This document shows positions 29,754 through 38,801 of a stretch of DNA of 59,615 bases, one piece after another. Below the pieces are notes generated by a model. That model had not been told where the DNA came from, did not search any database, and worked only from the letters and a program-made list of their open reading frames with translations. The stretch is taken from the NCBI GenBank assembly GCA_964354855.1, contig CAYHBO010000005.1:1514-61128 (forward strand), given 5' to 3'. A program made the translations under genes and the position numbers. Positions within the stretch are counted from its first letter, which is position 1. Each line of letters opens with the position of its first letter. This stretch comes from an uncultured Pseudomonadota bacterium. Lineage in GTDB: Bacteria > Babelota > Babeliae > Babelales > RVW-14.

Positions 29754-29936
29754 ATGAAGTGTCCAAAATGTAGCGGGTTAATGATACTGCAAACGTTTTT
29801 TGATCATTTCATTAATTTTGAGGGGTGGAAGTGCCTTAATTGTGGAAAGATTGTTGAAAAGCGAGAAAACACTTTTAAGGACGATTCTTTTAATGTATTC
29901 TATCAACGTCAAAAGATTAAAAAACAAAACACTTAG
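29754..29936 (+). CDS. Small zinc-ribbon protein
   Basis: MKCPKCSGLM...GWKCLNCGKI (two CxxC); GAGGAG RBS. Confidence 0.7.
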   Translation: MKCPKCSGLMILQTFFDHFINFEGWKCLNCGKIVEKRENTFKDDSFNVFYQRQKIKKQNT

Positions 29937-29950
29937 TAAGATTTTATTGC

Positions 29951-30655
29951 ATGTTTCCTCAGTTATACGTCAGTGTTCAAAACACTTATCATTGTCTTCA
30001 ACTTGCGCTTTTCTCTCAAGAAATTTGCTTGCAAAAAATGGTATTGCAAGGTACTCGTGCAAGTTCCCATCTTATTTTGCACATCGATACGTTACTAAAA
30101 AATAATAATCTTACGCTTTCTGATTTGAATTTTATAACGGTAGATAAAGGTCCCGGTGCTTTTACTTCGCTACGCGTGGCAATTGCGTCTATCAATGGCA
30201 TTGCGTTTAGTCATAAAATGCCTCTTGTCGGCGTTGATGGTCTTGAAGCGTTATTGCAAGATGGCTTAGCTAAAGCGGTATCGCATAACAACATTGTTGG
30301 GGTTGTTGCTCTCTTAAATGCTTACAATCATGATGCTTATTTTGGTATTGTTTCAATCGATGATGCCGCCAAAAAGCAGATGGGTTGTAAAAAAATTCAG
30401 GAAGTTGTTATAACGATCCAACAAATGTTTCCAACGGGTAACTTGCTTGTTCTGGGAAATGGGGCTACGGTTTTTTTAACCGAGTTGCAAGATGCTTTTA
30501 ACGATCGCTTGGTGATAGAATCTCCAGTTCAAGAAGTGTCATCGGTCGAGCGTATAGCTGAACTTGGTTATCAGCAGTGGCTCGGGCAGCAAGAGCGAAG
30601 TTATAACATTACGCCAAATTATCTTAAAACGCAGCTTTTTGTGATGCAGAAGTAG
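29951..30655 (+). CDS. tsaB: tRNA threonylcarbamoyladenosine biosynthesis protein TsaB
   Basis: ITVDKGPGAFTSLRVAIASINGIAF, LVGVDGLEAL, ..PNYLK. Confidence 0.85.
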   Translation: MFPQLYVSVQNTYHCLQLALFSQEICLQKMVLQGTRASSHLILHIDTLLKNNNLTLSDLNFITVDKGPGAFTSLRVAIASINGIAFSHKMPLVGVDGLEALLQDGLAKAVSHNNIVGVVALLNAYNHDAYFGIVSIDDAAKKQMGCKKIQEVVITIQQMFPTGNLLVLGNGATVFLTELQDAFNDRLVIESPVQEVSSVERIAELGYQQWLGQQERSYNITPNYLKTQLFVMQK

Positions 30656-30739
30656 TTTGTTTGACCCCTCCTTAATTCTCCTTTATTCTGAGGTAAGTTA
30701 GTTTTTTAGAATTATTTTTAGTCAGAGGAAATAACGCTT

Positions 30740-31459
30740 ATGATGCAGCAAGAAATGTTATCATTGATAAGTTGGATTGCCCTTCTTTTCCCCGTGTTAG
30801 TTTGCGTTTTTACGTTCCGCGGTTTTTTTAAAGCACTGGTTGCTAAATTGATGGGTGATAGGACTCCTCAGGAAGAAGGTTTTCTAACACTCAACCCTAT
30901 GGCCCATGTAGATGTTTTTGGTCTTACAACAACCATGGTTATTATTTTGGTATTAGGGTTTGTGTTTGGCGGGGGATTACCGCGAGGTTCTATTTTACTG
31001 ATCCTTATTGTTCTTGGGGTACGATGGACCACTCCTGTTATCGTTGATAGTCGTAATTTTAAGTATTATCGTTTGGGTGGCATTCTCACCTCTCTGGCCG
31101 GTTCATTGGGAAATATTTTATTGGCATTTTTAATGCTGTGTTGTTTTAAATTTATGCCATTTCACCTATTTCCATTGAATGTACAGAAAACGCTTGTTGA
31201 GTTAATGCAGTTACTGGTGTATGTTGCCGTTTGGTTTGGGGTTATTGATTTAATACCTATCCCACCATTTGATGGTGGAAAGGCATTGTACTACATGTTA
31301 CCGCGCTCTCAACAGCATGTTATTGAAATGCTTGAAGAATATTCTTTTTATATCATTTTAGTGTTGGTTTTTATGCCGGGGATAAGTGATATTTTTTTTG
31401 GCGGGCTCTCTGTCGCGAGAGAAGTGATTATAGCTTTTCTTGAACGATTAATTTTTTAG
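30740..31459 (+). CDS. Site-2 protease (M50) homolog lacking the HExxH motif
   Basis: LTLNPMAHVD, SLAGSLGN, IPIPPFDG retained; HExxH position reads RGFFK. Confidence 0.75.
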   Translation: MMQQEMLSLISWIALLFPVLVCVFTFRGFFKALVAKLMGDRTPQEEGFLTLNPMAHVDVFGLTTTMVIILVLGFVFGGGLPRGSILLILIVLGVRWTTPVIVDSRNFKYYRLGGILTSLAGSLGNILLAFLMLCCFKFMPFHLFPLNVQKTLVELMQLLVYVAVWFGVIDLIPIPPFDGGKALYYMLPRSQQHVIEMLEEYSFYIILVLVFMPGISDIFFGGLSVAREVIIAFLERLIF

Positions 31460-31466
31460 GATTTTT

Positions 31467-32099
31467 ATGGTTCAAGAGTTATTACATTTTTTGGCAGAAG
31501 TAAGTGTCTTATTACCGGTATTCTTAGTTGCATTATCGTGTCATGAATTTTGTCATGCATGGGTAGCAACCTTGTGTGGTGATGATACGTCGCGAAGAAT
31601 GGGGCGATTGACACTTAATCCAGTAGCGCATATTGATCCGCTCGGACTTTTATTTTTATTGGTATTTCGTTTTGGGTGGGCACGGCCGGTCTGTTTTGAT
31701 CATCGTAATTTTAAGTATCCACGATTTTATACGGTTCTGACGGCGTTAGCTGGGCCATGTGCAAATTTTATACTTGCATTGATTAGCTTGTATGTCCTGA
31801 AATATTTCCCCTACGGTTCAGTTTCTCCTACGGTGGTGCTTACGGTAAAACAAATTACTGAAGTTATGATTCAAATTAATATTATGCTTGGAGTGTTTAA
31901 TCTGCTTCCTATTCCCCCCCTTGATGGGAGTCATATTTTTGCCGTGTTTGCAGTGGATTATTTCCCTGGTGCAGTGCGTTGGCTTTATCAGTATGGGTTT
32001 TTTATTTTACTTGGGCTTTTTATGGTTCAACAAACGCGTATGATGTTGGTACAGATGATGGTGATTGCCGAAAAACTTTTAACAATGTTGGTTTTCTAA
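31467..32099 (+). CDS. Site-2 protease (M50 zinc metalloprotease)
   Basis: HEFCH, LTLNPVAHIDP, FGWARPV, ALAGP, NLLPIPPLDG. Confidence 0.9.
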   Translation: MVQELLHFLAEVSVLLPVFLVALSCHEFCHAWVATLCGDDTSRRMGRLTLNPVAHIDPLGLLFLLVFRFGWARPVCFDHRNFKYPRFYTVLTALAGPCANFILALISLYVLKYFPYGSVSPTVVLTVKQITEVMIQINIMLGVFNLLPIPPLDGSHIFAVFAVDYFPGAVRWLYQYGFFILLGLFMVQQTRMMLVQMMVIAEKLLTMLVF

Positions 32100-33299
32100 A
32101 TGATGCATGACATAGAAAAATCTCTAGAAATTATTAAGCATGGTACGGTTCAAGTAACTCCTGAGGCTGATCTATTATCAAAACTGAAACGTGGTAAAAA
32201 ACTTAAAATAAAACTTGGGGCCGATCCTACCGCGCCCGATTTGCATCTTGGTCATGCGGTGGTGCTTAACAAACTACGGCAGTTCCAAGACCTTGGGCAT
32301 GAAATTATTTTTTTAATCGGTGATTTTACCGCACTGATTGGTGATCCCACTGGCAAGTCAAAAACGCGTCCGCCAATGACCACTGAAGCTATTGCGACAA
32401 ACGCACAAACCTACTTTGAGCAAGTATCAAAAATTCTTGATCCAACGAAAATGACCATTCGCTATAACGCTGAATGGCTTTCGACATTATCATTTGCCGA
32501 TGTGCTGCTGCTTGCGGGTAAGACAACCTTGGCGCGTATCATTGAACGTGAAGATTTTCAAACGCGTTTACGTGAAAACAGTCCAATCGGGTTTCATGAA
32601 CTTTTCTATCCACTCATGCAAGGCTATGATTCCGTTGCGTTGCAGGCCGATGTTGAGCTCGGGGGAACGGATCAGACGTTTAATTTGTTAATGGGACGGT
32701 TTCTGCAAGAACAATATCATCAAGAACCGCAGGTCATTGTTACGCTTCCATTGCTTGAGGGCCTAGATGGCGTACAAAAAATGTCGAAAAGCTTGGGTAA
32801 CTATGTCGGACTTGCAGAAGATGCGGCAGCTGCATATGGAAAATTGATGTCGATTTCAGATGAGCTCATGTGGCGTTATTACCATTTGTTACTTGATAAA
32901 AATGAGCATGACGTTGCCGTTATGAAGCAAGATGTGGCATCAGGATCCTTGCATCCAATGAATGCCAAGAAACAGATGGCATGGGGAATTATCAATCGCT
33001 TCTGGTCACATGCCGATGCTGATCGTGCGCAACAAAACTTTGAAGCGTTATTTCAGAAACAAGATCATTCTCAAGCAAAAGAATTTCAGGTTTTGGCTAA
33101 TGTCTCAAACCCGGTATGGATTGTTGATTTACTTAAAGCGCTTGGTGCTATTAGTTCTTCATCAGAGGCGAAGCGTTTAATCGAATCAAAGTCGGTAAGC
33201 ATTGACGGTGAAGTGGTGACAGACTTTAAAGCAGAGATCAAAGGATCTGTTGGTATGATTGTTAAAGTAGGTAAACACAAGATCTATAAACTTTCGTAA
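32100..33299 (+). CDS. tyrS: Tyrosine--tRNA ligase
   Basis: [33 protein letters not shown]-terminal S4 domain. Confidence 0.95.
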   Translation: MMHDIEKSLEIIKHGTVQVTPEADLLSKLKRGKKLKIKLGADPTAPDLHLGHAVVLNKLRQFQDLGHEIIFLIGDFTALIGDPTGKSKTRPPMTTEAIATNAQTYFEQVSKILDPTKMTIRYNAEWLSTLSFADVLLLAGKTTLARIIEREDFQTRLRENSPIGFHELFYPLMQGYDSVALQADVELGGTDQTFNLLMGRFLQEQYHQEPQVIVTLPLLEGLDGVQKMSKSLGNYVGLAEDAAAAYGKLMSISDELMWRYYHLLLDKNEHDVAVMKQDVASGSLHPMNAKKQMAWGIINRFWSHADADRAQQNFEALFQKQDHSQAKEFQVLANVSNPVWIVDLLKALGAISSSSEAKRLIESKSVSIDGEVVTDFKAEIKGSVGMIVKVGKHKIYKLS

Positions 33300-33300
33300 A

Positions 33301-34647
33301 TTATTCAATCAGCGATTCAAATGCAGAGCGTTGCTGATCTAAACAAGTTTGAACAATGGCATACAGTGGATAAGAGTTTATTTTTTCATACACTGAATAA
33401 TTTTGTGTTGAAAAGCGTATGCCATAAGGGGATTTAGGATGGCTTTCAAGGAACAAATGTATGCTTTTGAGGGTTGATCCTTTTCCCCCCTTAACTTCAA
33501 CAGGGATAATATGTTCATTGCGTTGAACTAAATAATCTACTTCTGCGCTGCCGTTTGCCTTATGGCGATGCCAGTAGTAAAGCTCAGGGTAATAAATGGG
33601 GTTGGTATAAGCTAAAAATTCTTGTCCAACAAAGGCCTCAACGAACTCTCCTTTATTTACCAATGATGTTTCTGCATTGAGAATCCAGTTGTTAAGTTGT
33701 AATCCTAAGAGGGCCTGGCTTAATCCGATATCAACCAAAATAACTTTGAAGTCCCTGAGATCTTTTTGAGCACCAAGGGGAATGCCATTTCCCGTTGAAT
33801 GCCATACTTTTTGAGTAACATTTGCCGTACAAAGCAAATCTAGTGCTGGAGATAGTTCGCGAGATCGATAATCTCCCTCAACCTCGCTGTACTTAAATTT
33901 TTTACTCAGTTGTGATGGTAAGTTTTCAAAGAGTGTTGTGACATACTGGATTTGTTGTTGCTTGGTATATTTGTAAAAATCTTGTCGATAGCTGCTGAGT
34001 AACGATTGATGAGACGTTGCGCATTGAAGTAAGTCTTGTGTGTTGATCCACATTTGAATGGCTTCAGGCATGCCGCCTGTGGCAAAATATTGAGCGAGTA
34101 AGCGTAGTAATTTATCGTGTAAAATTTTGCTCATTTCTTGTTTAATGTCATGGTCAAAAATTGTTTTGATAATAGATTTTTCATCAAGCGCACTTAGATA
34201 TTCGATGAATGATACTGGATGCATGTACAGTGATTGGACTCTTCCAACGGGTAACCCAACCTGCTGAATTGCAAAATCAAGCAAGGAACCGGCTGCTGCA
34301 ACATGCAGCTCAGGGAGCATCTCATAAAAATAGCGTAATGCGATGATTGCTTTTGGAGCCGCTTGGACCTCATCAAAAAAGAGAAATGATTTACCTGGTA
34401 TGAGTGGTTTAATATTAAGGGAAGCTGCTATTTCACGAATAATGCGTCTTGGGTCGAGGTCTTCCTCAAATATTTCTATAAACTTAGGGAATGTTTCAAA
34501 ATTAATTTCAATAAACTGCTCAAACGTTTTGCCGAGCTGACGGAAGGCATAGGTTTTCCCAACCTGTCTTGCGCCACGCACGATTAGTGATTTTCGGTAG
34601 GGATTTGATTTCCAGGCTAAGAGGTGGTGGTCGATCAGGCGCTTCAT
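33301..34647 (-). CDS. AAA+ ATPase (AAA_14) with DUF4143 / PD-(D/E)XK-like C-terminus (paralog of 14380-15729)
   Basis: GARQVGKT, FFDEVQ, GGMPEA, EVDYL..IPVEVKGG. Confidence 0.85.
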   Translation of the reverse strand: MKRLIDHHLLAWKSNPYRKSLIVRGARQVGKTYAFRQLGKTFEQFIEINFETFPKFIEIFEEDLDPRRIIREIAASLNIKPLIPGKSFLFFDEVQAAPKAIIALRYFYEMLPELHVAAAGSLLDFAIQQVGLPVGRVQSLYMHPVSFIEYLSALDEKSIIKTIFDHDIKQEMSKILHDKLLRLLAQYFATGGMPEAIQMWINTQDLLQCATSHQSLLSSYRQDFYKYTKQQQIQYVTTLFENLPSQLSKKFKYSEVEGDYRSRELSPALDLLCTANVTQKVWHSTGNGIPLGAQKDLRDFKVILVDIGLSQALLGLQLNNWILNAETSLVNKGEFVEAFVGQEFLAYTNPIYYPELYYWHRHKANGSAEVDYLVQRNEHIIPVEVKGGKGSTLKSIHLFLESHPKSPYGIRFSTQNYSVYEKINSYPLYAIVQTCLDQQRSAFESLIE

Positions 34648-34652
34648 CTTTT

Positions 34653-34783
34653 ATCCTTTTTTTGGTTTAAAACTGTCCCATGATAGCCATGTATTGGTTA
34701 AAAAGTAAACATGTTTTAGTCAATGCATGGTTAAAATATCCTCAAGATTTAGCCATGCTATGGTTATTTTTACCCCATGATTT
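34653..34783. repeat. Degenerate 33-bp tandem array with internal palindrome
   Basis: Units start at 34685, 34718 and 34751, with a partial unit at 34653; TGGTT cores at 34663, 34695, 34728, 34761. Confidence 0.85.
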
Positions 34784-34831
34784 GTCCAAAATGCTAAAAT
34801 ATGCAACTTATTGTGGATATTTTTTAGCAAT

Positions 34832-34864
34832 AAAAATGGGGCCACTTTAAAAAAGTAGCCCCAT
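34832..34864 (-). terminator. Intrinsic terminator after 34887-35495
   Basis: Minus-strand stem ATGGGGCTACTTT/AAAGTGGCCCCAT followed by TTTT. Confidence 0.65.
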
Positions 34865-34886
34865 ACGTTTTATGTGACAGAAAAAT

Positions 34887-35495
34887 TTAAATTGAAAGTC
34901 TAAACTTAAGATTGTTTTCTGTTTCACTTTGTGATTTAAGATTAAAAGAAAGTATTCTTCCATAATTTTCCTGAGCCACAAACATCATCCTGTTCGTCGT
35001 TGAGTGAGGTGGAATTTCTACCTGTGAGCTGAAATCAATGCAGCGCTCTTTAAAATCATGTGCAAGCTTGCTATTTGCTGATGAGGACATGCCACCATCA
35101 CATGCAGCAACAATTAAAAATGGTATCCCGAATATAAATAAGCTTGGGATAACCCACAGTAAGCCACGATTAAGTGCTTTAATCTGAGCTTTCTTTGTTA
35201 TGAAGCTAATTGATTCAAGAGGAAGATTGATGCTTCTTGCATTAAGTACGTAGGCTTTTTCTGTGTTGTTAGTAATCGTAAGTTGAATAGTTTTGTAACC
35301 TTTTTTTTCTACGTTTCTAGAAAAAGTATGTTTACAATCACTTACTGACAATGTATGAGCAGCTGATTCAACACCTGCCTCAACTTGTTTAGGTCCGAAT
35401 GATGGTGCAAATGGATGAGGTTTATATTTTGCACAGCCGGTGATTATCGTAGCGGCGAGTAAAAGGTTACATACAATAAGATTACGTTTTAGCAT
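34887..35495 (-). CDS. Lipoprotein, unknown function
   Basis: Lipobox ITGC; one internal hydrophobic helix. Confidence 0.6.
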   Translation of the reverse strand: MLKRNLIVCNLLLAATIITGCAKYKPHPFAPSFGPKQVEAGVESAAHTLSVSDCKHTFSRNVEKKGYKTIQLTITNNTEKAYVLNARSINLPLESISFITKKAQIKALNRGLLWVIPSLFIFGIPFLIVAACDGGMSSSANSKLAHDFKERCIDFSSQVEIPPHSTTNRMMFVAQENYGRILSFNLKSQSETENNLKFRLSI

Positions 35496-35880
35496 AGATC
35501 CCCCCTGTAAAACTAATTACAGATAAAAGCGTTAGTGGTTATTACGTTGACAGAGCTGCATAATTAAGCTTTTTATTGCATGGTGTTATGTATGAAAAGT
35601 CAAAAAATATAAAAGGTATAGCCTGTGGCCTTGTATGCTTAATTATTCTGTTTGAATTTTTTATTAATTTGGTTGAAATTAGTATGTATTGGTATCAAAA
35701 GTTGCTTTCAGGGTGCTGTTGATAATATTGTTGTCCCAGACGTTTAAACTGCTTTTTTGGGTTGAAACTCAGACATGTTTTGATACTTTTTGGTTAAAAA
35801 GCACGGTAGTCTATTGATTTCTTTTTACTAAGTTTTTTATGGTATCCACATCTTTTATACATTTTATGGTGGAGAATATC

Positions 35881-37131
35881 GTGAAGATAAAAAAAATAGT
35901 GGCACGTGAAATTCTTGATTCCCGTAGTAATCCAACGATTGAATGTCATTTAACCTTAGATGATGGGTTTGTAGCCTGTGCATCGGTTCCTTCTGGTGCC
36001 TCGGTTGGTAGTGAAGAGGCGTTTGAGTTGCGTGATCATGATCCCAAGCGCTTTGAGGGCATGGGCGTGTTAAACGCTATTAACAATATTGAAAATATTA
36101 TTGCACCAGGGTTAATTGATACATCACCAGATATCAAAACAGCCGATATATTTATGATTGATCTTGATGGGTCACAAAACAAATCAAAGCTGGGGGCCAA
36201 TGCCATCTTGGCGGTGAGTATGGCGGTAGCGCGTGCTCAAGCGCATATGCAGCAGCAAGAACTCTATGCCTTCTTGGGTGATTATTTTAACCGAAAGCCG
36301 GATTTGCCATATTGTATGTTTAATATTATTAATGGTGGTATGCATGCGCAAAATGGGGTTTCATTTCAAGAATTTATGATCATGCCTTGTTTCAATTCAG
36401 TTATTGAATCGGTGCGCACCGCTTCAGAAATTTATCATGCGCTTAAAGAGCTTTTGCATGTTGAAGGGTATGCAACAACCGTTGGTGATGAGGGTGGCTT
36501 TGCGCCGATGATGACGACTGGTGGATTTCGTTCAGAAATTACTCTCTTGTCGATCTTACAGGAGGCTATGAGAAAAGCAGATTATCATCCTGCTGATGGT
36601 GTTAAAATTTGTTTAGATGTGGCTGCTTCAGCATTTTATAACAAAGATCAAAAAAAATATTATGTTGCTGATGATACTTTTGAATCAAATTTTATGATTA
36701 GTTTTTATCAAGCATTATGTTCGACGTTTCCTATTTTTATGATTGAAGATGGGCTCAGTGAATTTGACCGTGTTGGTTGGCAAGCGCTTACCGAGAAACT
36801 TGGTTCTAAAACTTGTTTGGTTGGGGATGATATTTTTGTTACTAACCCAGAAAAAATTATGATGGGCATTCAAGATAAGATTGCTAATGGGGTTCTTATT
36901 AAACTTAATCAAATCGGGACCGTGAGTGAAGCAGCACGAGCACTGCTGCTTGCCAAACAACATGGTTACACAACGGTGGTTTCGCATCGGTCAGGTGAAA
37001 CTGAAGATTCTTTTATTGCAGATTTTGCGGTAGGCTTGGCTGCTGGGTATATCAAAGCGGGGGCTCCAGCACGCGGCGAGCGTTTAGCCAAATACAATCG
37101 GCTCATGGAAATAGAACAATTTCAGATATAA
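35881..37131 (+). CDS. eno: Enolase
   Basis: REILDSRSNPT, VPSGAS, VGDEGGF, LIKLNQIG, SHRSGETED; GTG start after GGAG. Confidence 0.95.
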   Translation: MKIKKIVAREILDSRSNPTIECHLTLDDGFVACASVPSGASVGSEEAFELRDHDPKRFEGMGVLNAINNIENIIAPGLIDTSPDIKTADIFMIDLDGSQNKSKLGANAILAVSMAVARAQAHMQQQELYAFLGDYFNRKPDLPYCMFNIINGGMHAQNGVSFQEFMIMPCFNSVIESVRTASEIYHALKELLHVEGYATTVGDEGGFAPMMTTGGFRSEITLLSILQEAMRKADYHPADGVKICLDVAASAFYNKDQKKYYVADDTFESNFMISFYQALCSTFPIFMIEDGLSEFDRVGWQALTEKLGSKTCLVGDDIFVTNPEKIMMGIQDKIANGVLIKLNQIGTVSEAARALLLAKQHGYTTVVSHRSGETEDSFIADFAVGLAAGYIKAGAPARGERLAKYNRLMEIEQFQI

Positions 37132-37274
37132 ATATTTACATCGAGAGGTTATCAAATAATTCCATTATATCAACATTATTCCCGTTTTTCTTAACGCCCT
37201 AAATCAAGTATTCTTAATACTGGTTTTAATTTAAACCGTTCATGCGTGGGGCATGGGTTTTTTTAGGGAAATGA

Positions 37275-38777
37275 ATGGGAATATTTGTTAACAGGTACTT
37301 ACCGAACATTTTTTGTAAGACGTTTTTTGCAACCATATTTTTTGTGGCTGCATCTGTTGGGGCTGAAGTGCTTTGCATGTCGGTTACTGATGCACAACAT
37401 CAGAAGGTTAATGCTGCTACTGAGAAAGTATTTGAGAAACTTCCTGAGATTGATAAAGCTTGTGAGAAAGCATCAGAGGCTATTGATAAAATGCCACCTG
37501 AGGCTTTCATGTCTCGGCTTGAGCGATTTAAGAATAAACCATTAGTAAAGGTAAGTGGAACGATTACTCGTGTGAATGTTCCTGTGACTCCTGATAGTAC
37601 TGATGAGCATATTATTGTTGCAGATGAAGGAGATCCTTCGGTAATCCGATCTATTCCTCTTACGGCATCGTTAAGCTTTAGTGGCAAAAATCTTTTACAA
37701 GCAGGTTTTTTAGGAACGGCTTATGGGATTGATTATTTAAAGTACAAGGATTTAAACAAATTCGATGAAGATTTATTGCTTAGAAAAATGGTTGAGCATA
37801 AAGATCAATTAATCAAGCTGCTTCAAGATCTTAAGTACACCGGAAAAAAAGGTTATTTTTCTAAGTTAAAATCGGGTTTTTCGAGCGTAGCGAAAATTTT
37901 TGATGGTAGTTTTATTAATTCATTAAAATCGGATAACAAGAAAAAAGAAACTCCTCCTGATGAAGATAAAGCATTAGATACGCTTAAATCGTTTCTTAAG
38001 AAAGAATGTATTAAGTCAGCATTGCTTAAGTTTAGAGATCATCTTCCTGGTGCGCTTGGTTATATGGTAGCACAAGAAGGTATGTGTATGGCGCATGATA
38101 AAGCCTTTGATGAGTCAGCATCCACAAGTAGCAATTTTATTAAAACGTTGAAAGCTGCAGAAAGTATTGATGCTACCATCGGCTTTTGGACAAAGAATGT
38201 GTATCAAATTAAGCGTTGTTACAATAATAAAACGAATAAAATAGATGTGCCGGTTGAGTTGTTAGCTGCGCCATTTTTTGGTGCTTCTTATGCTTTGTAT
38301 TTTAATAATACTTATGCTTCGAATAAAAACTCAGTTACCAAATGGCTTTTAAAGTGGGCTTATCCAAAAACTTCACTTGATTGGCTTAATTCTCGTTGGT
38401 TTTATCTTATGAAAAAATCAGCTATGCATGCGCGGTTTATTCAACAATCCAATGGTCATTATGAACAGCAAGTACTTGATTATTGTATGATGCATAGCAA
38501 AGAACTTCTTAACATTCTTACAGAAAAAATTGAAAACTTAGTGCCATCAAAAGCTGAAAAACCTACTTCACCAGAACCGGTTAAGTCTCAGCGAGAATTA
38601 TTACGTACCTTTATTCATGATGCATCTACAGAATCTTTTTATGCATGGCGTAATTTTAAATATACCAGCCTTAATCGCACCTCGATGTTTTTTGAATTGG
38701 CGACCTTGCTTCCTGCGGTGCCAAAAATTTATTCGGCGCTTCGCAAGTTGTGGGAATTTGTTCGAACTGATTATTAA
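37275..38777 (+). CDS. Secreted hypothetical protein
   Basis: 500-aa ORF with a signal-like N-terminus; no motif recognised. Confidence 0.55.
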   Translation: MGIFVNRYLPNIFCKTFFATIFFVAASVGAEVLCMSVTDAQHQKVNAATEKVFEKLPEIDKACEKASEAIDKMPPEAFMSRLERFKNKPLVKVSGTITRVNVPVTPDSTDEHIIVADEGDPSVIRSIPLTASLSFSGKNLLQAGFLGTAYGIDYLKYKDLNKFDEDLLLRKMVEHKDQLIKLLQDLKYTGKKGYFSKLKSGFSSVAKIFDGSFINSLKSDNKKKETPPDEDKALDTLKSFLKKECIKSALLKFRDHLPGALGYMVAQEGMCMAHDKAFDESASTSSNFIKTLKAAESIDATIGFWTKNVYQIKRCYNNKTNKIDVPVELLAAPFFGASYALYFNNTYASNKNSVTKWLLKWAYPKTSLDWLNSRWFYLMKKSAMHARFIQQSNGHYEQQVLDYCMMHSKELLNILTEKIENLVPSKAEKPTSPEPVKSQRELLRTFIHDASTESFYAWRNFKYTSLNRTSMFFELATLLPAVPKIYSALRKLWEFVRTDY

Positions 38778-38801
38778 ATGATGTTAATGAAAGGCTAACC
38801 T

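Noticed and set aside
35881-37131. Enolase as a possible pseudogene (VPSGASVG variant, short C-terminus)
   Set aside because: The frame is intact and the catalytic and metal-binding motifs are present.
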